64,000 nucleotides of DNA from Chiloscyllium plagiosum (lineage: Eukaryota): assembly GCF_004010195.1 (NCBI RefSeq), contig NC_057718.1:47885803-47949802 (forward strand). Direction: 5' to 3'. The notes below the pieces were generated by a model. That model did not search any database, was not told the origin of the DNA, and was given only the letters and a program-made list of their open reading frames with translations. Shown in pieces: positions 11,440 to 22,464 of this stretch. Within the stretch, counting starts at the first letter, position 1; every line of letters starts with the position of its first letter. The position numbers and the translations under genes are program-made.

Positions 11440-12240
11440 CTCCATTTGTTACAGCCGTTCTTCTTTCCCCAGATAGAGAAAACCTTTTCTCAGCATCTAC
11501 CATGTTCAACCCCTTAGTTTTATGCTTCAATTGAATCACCTCTTCTTCTAAGCTCCACAGAAAATAGTCAAGACTAATGTGGTGCTGGAAAAGCACAGCA
11601 GGTCAGGCAGCATCCGAGGAGCAGGAAAATCGATGTTTCGGATGGAAGCCCTTCATCAAGAATGGCTCCTCCCTGGAACGTCAATTTTCCTGCTCCTCGG
11701 ATGCTGCCTGACCTGCTGTGCTTTTCCAGCACCACTCTAATCTTGACTGTGATCTCCAGCATCTGCAGTCCTCACTTTCTCCGCAGAACATAGGCTTGCT
11801 GTACTGAATCTTGCCTCATAGGACATTCCCTGATCCAAAATCCAGTCCTGTGAACTGTCTTTTTGCTGCATCTCCGGCAAATATATTCTTTAGTAAGAAG
11901 GTCAAAACTGCACACAGTATTCCAGGTGTAGCTGCACAGGTGCCCTGTACTATTGAAGTAAGAGTTATTTGTTCCTCTTTTGTAACTGCTTGTTGTACGT
12001 ACTTGTTAACTTTGTGTAATTCATGTCCAAGCATATTAGATTCCTCTAAATGCAAACATTTCTGAATCTCTCACTTTCAAAAACATTGGGTTTTTTCTCA
12101 TTTTTCTTGTGAAAGTGAAATAACTTCACATTGCACTCTATCTGCCATATTGTTGTCCATCTGTCTATATCTATTTGCAACCTCTATGTATACTTGTTAC
12201 AGTTTGATTTTCCATCTAACTTTGTATCATGAGAGTTCTG
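11440..12240 (-). mobile_element. Old CR1 fragment interrupted by a pLTR palindrome
   Basis: CR1 ORF2 C-terminal similarity on both sides of 11568-11780. Confidence 0.6.
11568..11782. mobile_element. Palindromic Penelope pLTR mini-element
   Basis: Inverted arms gtggtgctggaaaagcacagcaggtcaggcagcatccgaggagcaggaaaat and their reverse complement. Imperfect TSD ctccacagaaaatag (11553-11567) vs ctccgcagaacatag (11779-11793). Confidence 0.85.
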
Positions 12241-12893
12241 GTACTTAAAATGAGTTTTATTTCTTTCTGTATTGAGACCCATATAAAATGTGTGCAACCT
12301 TTTGTTCTGGTGTCTTGGTTCACTATGTTCATAGGTATTTTTTATTCTTTTTGCTAAAATGATAATCATAAGACCTTTCATTTAACTACATAAAGCATGA
12401 CTGTAATTTTTATATTTAATATTAAAATTGACTTCAGGGAAAAAAAAATGTAAAGTTATTTTGAGTTGTGAAATTTTTACAGTAAACCATCGCTAAAACA
12501 CCCTAGGTTTAACTCCGTTAGTAAAGCCATGTATATAATAATTGATCTTTTGATTTTGCACATATACAGTTGTTCAAGTTCAGTCTTCAGGTCAATTTAG
12601 GAGGTAGGAAAATAATTGGATGTATGTTAGGGTGAGTTGAGCTGGGGATGGGAACAAGAGGGAGTTCTCAGCAGGTGGAGAATTGTGGAAAACACAGCAA
12701 AACACGGGGATCTGATTATATATTCAGTTTTCTTTTCAAATGCCATACAAATAATTATGCAGGTAAATGGCCTTGTTTCATTATCTACATATTAACTATA
12801 AAGGTAACAAACCTGTACAATTAATGTCATGTCCAGTGCTTATTTTCCTGCCGGTCAAATGTTCATTGATCTTCTCATGTAATTTGATTCCAG

Positions 12894-12992
12894 CACACCA
12901 TGTGCCTTTGTCGAGCTATCATTTCCTTGTTGAAGGTTCCCTTGTCATTTCAGAGATATTTCTTCCAAAAGATTCAGTCCACTAGCATTAAG
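12894..12992 (+). CDS. INTS7: INTS7 internal exon (HTMCLCRAIISLLKVPLSFQRYFFQKIQSTSIK)
   Basis: ttccag acceptor, gtatgt donor, 99 nt, phase 0 to 0; matches recalled INTS7 LLKVPLSFQRYFFQKLQSTSIK. Confidence 0.96.
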
Positions 12993-14798
12993 GTATGTCT
13001 ATTAAAAACTGTCTGATTTTGATATTAAAATTTTAAAGGTGGCTTCTTGGGCTTTGCAACAGTATAATTCATTTTTAATTCATGTTTAAACATTTTACAT
13101 AAATGCCACAAGTAACTTGTACTTCAGTTTAGAACGCTTCTCTTCCTTCATTCTTTATCTCTCTCCATGTCTACCCAGGTTCTATGCTGCCATTGAATTT
13201 CATCCACTAATTTATTGACCAGTCCAGTGTCTTATCAATATCCTCTTAAAATTTCCTTTGGATTTCAAAATTGTTGTAAACCATCTGCTTTAATAATACT
13301 TGCAAATTTGGACATCATCCACTTGAGCTTGTAGGGAAGTCATTGATATTTGTAATAAACATAAGCAGTCCCAAACAATACTGTGGGATGCTCTTCTACC
13401 ACTGAGACTTTTGTCTTTGATGGGATGTTGGCATTGCTAACTAGGTCAGCATTTGTTTCACATCCCTAATTGTCCTCAAGAATGTGATGGTGAGCTACTT
13501 TCCTGAACTGCTGCAGCCCTTGGAATGTAGGGATACTCACTGTGATGTTAAGAACGAAGTTCCAGGATTTACACCCAGTTGCAGTGTTGGACTGGGTGAT
13601 GTGGTATGTGACTTGGAGGGTAACTTGCAAGTATTAGTGTTCCCATGTATCTACTGCCATTGTCTTCTAGGTGGTGAAAATTTGAGGTTTCAAAGCTGCT
13701 AATAAAGGGTACTTAGAGAGTTGCTACAGTGCATTTTGTATGTGCTATCACTGCACTGATACTGATGGTGAAGTGAGTGAATGTTGAACATATTAGATAG
13801 GATGACAGTCCAGTCCTTTGTCTTGGATGGTGTTAAGTTTTTGTGTTGCTTGAACCACGCTCATATAAGCAAGTGGAGAGAATTGCACCTTAACTTGTGC
13901 TTTGTAGATGGTGGACAGATTTTGGGGAGATGAGCGGTGCGTTACTCACTCTAGAATTCCTAGCCTCTAATGTGGTCATTGCTCATCTCATGGAAATGCT
14001 CTGGGACTCCTACAACTACAATCTCCTTTCATTGTGATAGCTATTACTGCGACCAGTGAAAACTTAATCCCTTTGATTCACATTGATTTTGCTACAGGTA
14101 CTTGGTGGTACAGTTGTCTAAATGTTGCTTTCACTGCAAGGACAATCATTCTCCCTCACCTAGTCCTTACTCCTCAGCCCTTCCAACATTCTAACCAGTT
14201 TTTACTCTAGTTTTGTATCCTTTCCCTAATTCTGTGTCTCTTATTTTTCCCAGTAGACTCACGATGCAGCTTATCAAAAACCTTCTGCAAATTGATGCAT
14301 ATCACATCATTTGCATTTGTCCCATCACCATCATAATGTCTTCAAAGAATTGTCAGCCTGATCATGCACCATTTTCCTTTTTAAAATCATAATTTGCTGC
14401 TCCCAGTTATATTGGTGAGAGATGTTTCACCTTTAATTAAAGATTCCAAAGTTTCCCCACCATACATATGAAACAACGAGACTATACCTTCCTGTAGCAG
14501 TCCTCCTTCATTGCTGAGATGAACAAAGCAGCACACTCATTTTGTAGAGTATGCGTTCTCCATCACTTACCTGAAACATATTCGCTTATGAAAATATGAC
14601 TTACATTAGCTGCAATTCAGATTGCACGTTGACACCATATTTTATAGAACTATAAACTAACGTTTCTATTATGCAGGAACTCCTCCACTGAATAATATAA
14701 CAATCATCACTTTAGCAGTCTCTCAGCTAATTGAAATAAGGAAAGTATTTCATGAATTTACATTTTCCTTCAGGTAATTTTCACTGATTCTTTTGCAG

Positions 14799-14984
14799 TT
14801 GGCACTATCGCCTTCTCCTCGCACTCCAACTGAACCAATCACTGTACAGAATAACCAGCAACTGGCCCTGAAAGTAGAAGGTGTTATCCAGCATGGCTCC
14901 AAGCCTGGCTTCTTTCGGAAAATTCAGGCAGTTTGCCTAAACGTCTCATCCTCACTGCAGACCAAAGGTGTACAGGATTATAAG
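14799..14984 (+). CDS. INTS7: INTS7 penultimate exon (LALSPSPR...QDYK)
   Basis: ttttgcag acceptor, gtaact donor, 186 nt; LALSPSPRTPTEPITVQNNQQLALKVEGVIQHGSKPG matches INTS7. Confidence 0.97.
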
Positions 14985-15572
14985 GTAACTGCCTTCATCA
15001 CGTTTACAAAGCTGTATTTATCCTCAATAGTATTGATAACCCAATATGTAATCAGTTTGAGTTGTTATAAATGAATATCGATGCATGTTTGTAAGAACAT
15101 GTTTTCTAACTGATCTGTTGTACTTGTAGATTGTTAGGGTTAAACGCCTGAGAACAACATCAACCCAGTTTTCATTCTGCATTAATAATGAGTGTATTGC
15201 TTGGTGGTATGTTATACTGATTAGGATACAATTTGACGCCCTTGCCTAATGTCTTTGTGTGCACCCTTAAAGCCTATAAGTTGTAATGTCTTCATGAAAG
15301 TGTAAATGTATTTAATTCAAGATAAAACTGCAGTTGTTCCAATATATTGCAGCTACACATTGATGTCTTTGTCCATTTGTCACTTGATATTATCATTTGG
15401 TAGATTGTTAGCAATGTTCATTGCTTGTACTTTATTTCAAAAGTGGATGAATAATTGAGACTGATGATGTTTTGCATTTATAAAGTCAGTTAAAGTTATA
15501 ACTTCAGTAAAATTGAGCTTTATAATGCTGACAAATGTGCATGAGTTTAAATTTCTCATGTCCATTTCTCAG

Positions 15573-15857
15573 GTATTGCTGGAGAATATGACGAATGAAG
15601 TAGAGCAGCGGGTGGAGCCCCATAACGACTATTTCAGCACTCAGTTCCTGTTGTGTTTTGTTGCACTTGGGAACCACAGTGTTACTGTTGAAGCATCTGT
15701 CATTGATTCTAATGGCATAATTTGGAAAACAGGACCCAGAACTACTATTGCTGTCAAATCCATGGAGGATCCATTCTCTCAGCAATTACGCCTGCAGCAG
15801 CAACAACAGCAGTCACAACAGTCACAGCTGCAAAGGAACGCACTCTGCAGATTTTAG
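15573..15857 (+). CDS. INTS7: INTS7 terminal coding exon (..NMTNEVEQRVEPHNDYFSTQFLL..Q-rich tail..RF*)
   Basis: tttctcag acceptor, in frame with the previous exon, TAG stop at 15855-15857; matches the INTS7 C-terminus. Confidence 0.97.
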   Translation, partial: VLLENMTNEVEQRVEPHNDYFSTQFLLCFVALGNHSVTVEASVIDSNGIIWKTGPRTTIAVKSMEDPFSQQLRLQQQQQQSQQSQLQRNALCRF

Positions 15858-16660
15858 TGACGAATCATTTCAACTTGGGAAATATGCTTTGTGAATATTT
15901 TGTCAGGTAATAAGGACTTTGTTAAATATCAGATGATCAGCTTAACATTGGTTGAGGAATATCAGGGATGTAATTCTTCCTTCAAATTCCCTAATGTTGT
16001 ATTAAACAGTTTACTCTGAATTAAACTCTGTTTTTTTGCAATCTTCAAGTTCCTTCACCAGCTCTTTCTGCCTTGTCCACCATAAAATGAAACAAACTGA
16101 CTATCACTGCTAGTACTGCTCTTTGGATCAGTTGATGTGTGTTGAATTAGATTGCACACTTTATTGTTCGAAACTCCCTACTTTCTAAGAGTATGCAATG
16201 ATTTAACTGGCTCTGACAAAGCTGAGGTTCCGAGTAAATAAGTTTTATGCTGATACCTTCCAGAATCTGGCTATGGACATTTTTTAAAGTCATGTTTTTG
16301 ATTAATTCTTTACCCATTGATTGTTAATTTTGGAAGGTTTATGAACTAGGATCAAGCAGTGACCAGTGACGTGTGTCAATCACGTAACAATATAAAATTT
16401 GTGTCTTCAAAATTAATGGATGAGGAAACAACTTTTAAAAGAGCCTCTTGCTCCTTTTTCCTTGATTCCCTTAACCAATAAAAATATATCAGTCTGCCTT
16501 GAAGATTTCAATTGATTGAGCAACCCACTGAGGCTTTTGAAGAATAAAGTCTCAGATATTCACTGCACTTTGTGAAAACATGCTTCCTGATTTCACAATT
16601 ATAAACTGAATTGAAAAAGCCTATCTGAAAGGTGTTTAAGTCCTGACTAGTTACAAAGCC

Positions 16661-16873
16661 ACAAATTACTGCAGATGCTGGTACTGAAAACAACAAATGC
16701 TGGATATCACAGCAGATCAGGCAGCATCTATGGAGATAGAGCAAACTAATGTTTCGAGTCTAGATGACTCTTCATCAGAGCTTAATGAAGAATCATTGAG
16801 ATTCGAAACGTCAGCTTGCTCTCCCTCCATGGATGCTGCCTGATCTGCTGTGATATCCAGCATTTGTTGTTTT
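16661..16873. mobile_element. Palindromic pLTR mini-element of a second Penelope family
   Basis: Inverted arms aaaacaacaaatgctggatatcacagcagatcaggcagcatc and their reverse complement. The - strand core reads CTGATGA-agagtc(atcta)gactc-GAAAC. Degenerate TSD agttacaaagcc (16649-16660) vs aattataaggcc (16874-16885). Confidence 0.8.
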
Positions 16874-18473
16874 AATTATAAGGCCGCTTTGGATACAAGT
16901 CTGATTTTGCAAGCTTCACAATTATTAAGTTTATCACAATAAACACAAAAGAATGCTTCTTTATAAAGCAATGAATTCAGTCAGTTCACTATGGAACACC
17001 AATTTGTGGCTTCCTACCTGACTGGGTGCTTGTTTCTTGTTTTGACTGAGCTCTTTCTTCTCTCCTCATCTTGCACGGCTAGCTGCTAAAAATTACGACC
17101 ATTAAATTCTTGCTAGCTACTTTTATAAATAGTCAGTGATATTTCTGAGTTCTGGTCGGCTTGCCAATGCATGAGCAGCATATGATGCATCTCTGGTTAT
17201 CTAGGTGATGTTTGCCCAATTGGTTTCTTAAGGTGGCGGTCATCTTATTGATATAATTTATCATCATCTGACTGATTTCCTAAAGTTTCAAGTCATTTTG
17301 AAAGGATAATACTATCTTTCTTTGCTTTTCAGAGAGATAAGAGTCACATGTTCAGGAATCAAACCTAGCACTGTACTGAATATGTACACCTTAGGATGTC
17401 TCATAGGAAATCATTATGTCGTTCATTAAAGACAAATTATATAACAATGTACTATTGGAAGAAAATCCTGTAAAATACACATCACAAGTACCAATGTAAA
17501 ACTATTCATAGGCCAGTACAAAATATAAAAGAAAATCACAGTTTCTCTTTAAGTGACTTTAAGTCAAAAAGTTAATCAAAGTTTAAAAAAAAATAAAATT
17601 GTGTGGCTTCAAATAAGTTGTCACTCATATTTGTCCTGTAACAAAGCAAGCCATAAAGGTGGATCTCCTTTACCCTTGAGTTAATCTCAATCCTACATGA
17701 TTTATTTACTGTACACAGATACCCAAATACCATTGCTCCTGCATAACTTCACATTTTTCAATTTTAGCATGATCAGAATTTATTGCCAAATCTGACTTGC
17801 TCTAAGAGGTGGTGGTCATTCACCTTGAAATTCTGCAGTCTGAATGAGTAAAGTGCTGTCATAGTACACTGGTTACAGGATTTAGGTACACTGGTAACTT
17901 ATTTCAAATAAAGAAAGGTGAATATTTTGTGTGGTGATTTATATTTTGTCAGGAATGTGTGGCTGTTCCCATGCAGCTGCTTCTGTTGCCCATCTGGCAA
18001 AGTCTTCAAAGAACCCTTGGCTAGTTGCTCATGTTTCTGTCCTCATGAATGAGTTGCTGTAGAGCAGTCTGTACATGATACACATTGTACTTGTGGTGGA
18101 GGAAATAGTTGTTCAAAGGAGTGCATAGACTTCTGGTCAAGTGGGTACTTTTGTCCTGGATGATATCGAGCATCTTGAGAATTACTGCAGATCCACCTAT
18201 CCCATTACACTTCTGCCTTGTGTCAAACAGGCGATGGTGAAGCTCTGCAGAAGAAATTAGCATAGAGAAAAACAAATTTTCTTTTGAGTGAGTGAGCCAG
18301 TTTTAAAGCTATTTTTTGCCATAGATCAGATTATTTTGATAGGTGTTTACTGCCATTATATATTTTTAAAAATATATGTTTGGTTTATTGTAAATTATGA
18401 AAGTGAAGAATTTCAATTTTTAAAAGCTTTATGCATTTCTTCAGATTAAATAAATAGTCAGAATACGAGATCA

Positions 18474-18677
18474 GGCAAAAGTGAGGACGACAGATGCTGG
18501 AGATTAGAGTCGAGAGTGTGGTGCTGGAAAAGCACAGCAGGTTAGGCAGCATCTGAGGATGAGGAAAATCAACGTTTTGGGCAAAAGCCCTTTATCAGGA
18601 ATTCCTGAAACATTGATTTTTCGCTCCTCCAATACTACCTGACCTGCTGTGCTTTTCCAGCACCACACACTCGACCC
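18474..18677. mobile_element. Palindromic Penelope pLTR mini-element (older)
   Basis: Inverted arms gtcgagagtgtggtgctggaaaagcacagcagg and cctgctgtgcttttccagcaccacacactcgac. TSD cagaatacgagatca (18459-18473) vs caggatactagatta (18678-18692). Confidence 0.8.
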
Positions 18678-18989
18678 CAGGATACTAGATTACCCTTCTC
18701 TAGGCAATTTTTATATGAATGCCATTTCCTGCAATCAAGTGATGAGTAACCTAAACTATCAATAGAATTTGCATTGCAAAAAAATAAAAAATACAAAATA
18801 TGTTTCTGGATCCTACATTTGATGATACATTAAGCACTCAGAATCTCCAGTGGGATCTCTGTTAAATGTTTTGCATTAATAATATTTATTAAATGTTATA
18901 TATCTTCATTTCTTGACTCATTTCAGTTGCTGAATAATCCATCTGTGGAGCTAGTCTCTGCCAAAGGTGGATCAGGTGATGTTGGATGA

Positions 18990-19340
18990 GGTGGATGAGA
19001 ATTATCTTGCCACTTGCCTCTGAGCCAAGCTGGTGCTCCACTCAGTGCTGCTTGGAGTGGTTGGTGCTTTTGCAAATGCTTCTCCAGTCTGTGCATTCTA
19101 GGACAAGCGATTCCCACATATTGGTGGGGATGTTGCATTTATTTTGGGTGGCCTTGTGGCATTTCCTTTGCCTTCCTAGTGATGACTTACCCTTGTGCAG
19201 CTCAGAATAAATCATTTGTTTTGGGAGTCTTGGGTTCGGCATTTGGACATTGTGGCCCACCCATTGCAGCTGGTCGTGCATTACCAATGTCTGAATACTG
19301 AGGATATTGGCCTGGGATGGGGCATTGGTATGCCCCATTC
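18990..19340 (-). mobile_element. RTE-clade LINE 3' fragment
   Basis: QLQWVGHNVQMPNPRLPKQMIYSELHKGKSSLGRQRK..KCNIPTNMWESLVLECTDWR is a typical RTE/BovB C-terminus. Confidence 0.85.
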
Positions 19341-19419
19341 TACCTTCTTCAAAGGAAGCAGCAAATCTATAACAATACTCTATAATGAGCAGTTATCTAA
19401 ATGTTCCTGTACTGACACT

Positions 19420-20860
19420 TGATCCATCTGGTTCACTTCATCCCTAAGAACCAGCTCCCAGCAATGTTTTCTTCTTGTTGAATTAGAAACATACTTCTGT
19501 AGAAAATTCTCCCAAAAAAACTGAGCTCCTGTCCTCCTTTCCGACTATTCCAGTTTCTGTCTAGATAATTAAAGTTCCTATGATATTTTTTGCACCTTGC
19601 CAATTTGTTCCTCTGCATCTTTTCCACTAGTGGACTCAGACCATAGCTAGTGGTCTAATTGTACATTCTTGTTTTTTAATTGAAGTCAAGTAGGTCTGTC
19701 CATGACCTTCGTGGAACATCATCGCTGTCCAGCACTTCTGTCTTTTCCTTAATCAATTTGTCACCTCTCCACTCCACCCCACCCCACCCCTCCCCTCTAT
19801 CTTTCTTGATTACCTTGTATGCAGATTCATTTAATAACCAGTTCTGCCCTTATTTATATTAGCTCACTATTCTGTGTTATAGCCACAACATCCTATTTCC
19901 ACATGACTCTGCACCTGTAACTAACTCAGCAATCTTTTTTTTAACCACACTCAATGCATTCGCATGCAGGCATCATCACCCAGGTTCAGACTTTGTCAGT
20001 TGCTTCCATATGCTGAACCCACTGAATAACTTGCTATTTTCTATTACAGTGCTCTCTTTCACTTTCAGTGTTCTCTTTGGCATTCATCTCTAATACTATT
20101 TATTGGTTGGTTTAATATCTCTCCCCACAAAGAAATTGGTCTCAGCTGTGCTTAGGTATAGTTTGGTCATCCCTGCATAGGATTAATTTTAGCCCCATTG
20201 CACTCTCCAGCACTTTTCCACTACTTCTGCACCATCTTTCAAACCACGCAAATGTTTGCTTTTTTCTTGTATTCTGATACTTGTGTGTAGAACCAGGAAT
20301 ATTCCAGTGATTACTACTTTTAAGGTCCTTTTGCAAATTTCCTGTTTAACACCTTAAGTTTTGACCATGAACCATACACATCCTTCTACCCATATCCTTG
20401 GAATTGATGTAGCAAACACTTCCCCTGAGGGTCAGCAAAGTACTGGGGCAGTGCATCATCCTGAAGTCTGAAGCTGTAAAAACATCCATCTCTCCCCCTG
20501 TCAATTTCCGATCATGATGGTTCAGTCTTCTTCATGAACACTGTCTGTCTAGCAATGTGTCATGGACTTGGCTGTTTGTGCTTCCCAAATGAACTGTGAT
20601 TTCTATCAGCATTCAAAATTGAACACTATGGGAGAGTGAGATACACCCAGGTGACTATCTGGTGGTCACCTATTTTTTCCTCTCCCTGCATACTCTTAGG
20701 CTGTGGTATGACACCTCAAATCTTAAACCTCACGGATGTGTTGTGATGCCAGCTGCTTCTTTAGATCTGAAACCTGGAAATTAAGGTTCTGCCACTAGTG
20801 ACACAAATGCACTTTGGGCTGCTTCCATGTCCTGGATAGCCATGTTCCCAGGTAGAACAG
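19420..20860 (-). mobile_element. Old CR1 5' portion (ORF1 esterase-like and endonuclease remnants)
   Basis: Degenerate NFNYLDRNWNS..(compare GDFNYPxIDW) and FAWFERWC (compare NAWLxxWC of the CR1 ORF1 SGNH-like domain). Confidence 0.55.
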
Positions 20861-21129
20861 GATTTGCACTTGAGAACTCAGCTGCTTTCCTGAACCTTTT
20901 AGATAAACTGTACTATTACTAATAAACTTTACTATTTGAAAACTCAGCAGATACAGGCTTCCTTTCTATTGACATCATGAAATTATAGGGAAGTTAATAT
21001 ATTACATGAACCTTTTCAGTAAATTTTTAATTTCCTAATTCCTTAGACTAATTCCCAATTTCAGAAACAAGGAGACAAAACTACAAAATTCACCTGCCAA
21101 TCAACTTGTAGACATCCTTGATATATACT

Positions 21130-21390
21130 TCTGATAAAATGTATCCCATAATTGAAAATTTTAAGCCAGACCCAAGGAGTGCTCCCTTGTTTTCAAATAG
21201 TATATGGGACCTCTTATGTCTAACTGCACAAGCAAAAAATGGTTTGTCACCTGATGACATTTCTATTAATGCAATATTTCTACAATGCTGCACTTGTTAG
21301 AGACTTGACTGCGTGAAAGTAGTGCAGTGCAACTTGTCTAGAATCTCAGTCAGAAGTGGAAGTAGTATCACTGGGTCATCTGTGCACTTC
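21130..21390 (-). mobile_element. Ancient Deu-domain SINE-like remnant
   Basis: The reverse complement resembles the recalled Deu core (..cataagaggtcccatatactatttgaaaacaagggagcactcc). Confidence 0.4.
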
Positions 21391-22289
21391 ATGGATAAAT
21401 ATTCATATCTTGTAAATAAACTCCCACCCTTAATGCTTACTGCCTCCATTGAAGCGTACAGTTAGTTTCCCAGCAACCTGATTTTCCAGGGTATAGGTTT
21501 CTGTTATAACACAGGATATTAAGGTTCTATCCCCTTATTACAGATGGTGTTCATCATTGGTTGCAAGTAAGAGCACAAAGCATCTTTTGCTTGTTTGTCT
21601 ATATTCCAAAGTTTTAGATATGATACTACTAAAATTTTACTGGGATAACAATGGCTCATCTGTCAATTGGTCTACTTATTCAGACTCTTGAGAAAATGTG
21701 GGAAAATTTAAGATTCTCTTTGTAAATGAATTATACTCATCAGATTGAATCCACAAGACACACAGACCATCCAGAAATGTGTGTTTCACACAGAAGCCAA
21801 AAAGTCAAACTCGTAAAGTATCTAACGTAATGCAATATAGCTACATTTATAATATTTTACAAGTCTTATTTGAACTGAATTAAATTGAATTTATTGTCAT
21901 GTACTGAAGCAGTGAAAAGCTTTGCCTTGCGAGCAATACAGGCAGATCACAGAAATAGCATAGATAAGTAAATAATAGGTAAATAGTAGCAAAAACATAA
22001 ACACAGGTCGAGGCGAATGTTAAAATTATGAGTCCATTCAGTATTCTAACAACAGGAGGGTAGAAATTGTTACGAAATTGGCTGGTGCATGTGTTCTGAC
22101 TTCTGTACCTTCTCCCCCATGGTAGAGGTTGTAGAAAAGCATTTCCTAGGTTGGCATGTCTGACATATGAGGAGAGATTGAGTCAGTTACGATTGCATTT
22201 ACCCAATGGGAAGGGCTCAGTTCAGGAAAGTTAGTCAGCATGGACCACTTGGGTCAAAGGGTCTGTTTCCATGCTGTAGAACTCCATAA

Positions 22290-22464
22290 TGCACTGAACC
22301 TTATGGGTAATTTAGCATGACCAATTAACCTGAGCCACATATCTTTGGAATGTGGGAGGAAACCCACGCAGACAGGTGGAGAGAATGTGCAAACTTCACG
22401 CATCAAACCCAGGTCCCTAGTGCTATGAGGCAGCAGTGCTAACCACTGAGCCACCATGCCACCC
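22290..22464 (-). mobile_element. tRNA-derived HE1/V-SINE-like element
   Basis: The - strand begins gggtggcatggtggctcagtggttagcactgctgcctca (A box), then a gggtttgat B-box-like motif and the V-domain tgtgtgggtttcctcc. Confidence 0.8.

Noticed and set aside
22400..22464. tRNA gene
   Set aside because: The A/B boxes belong to a SINE head that continues into a V-domain; there is no full cloverleaf.
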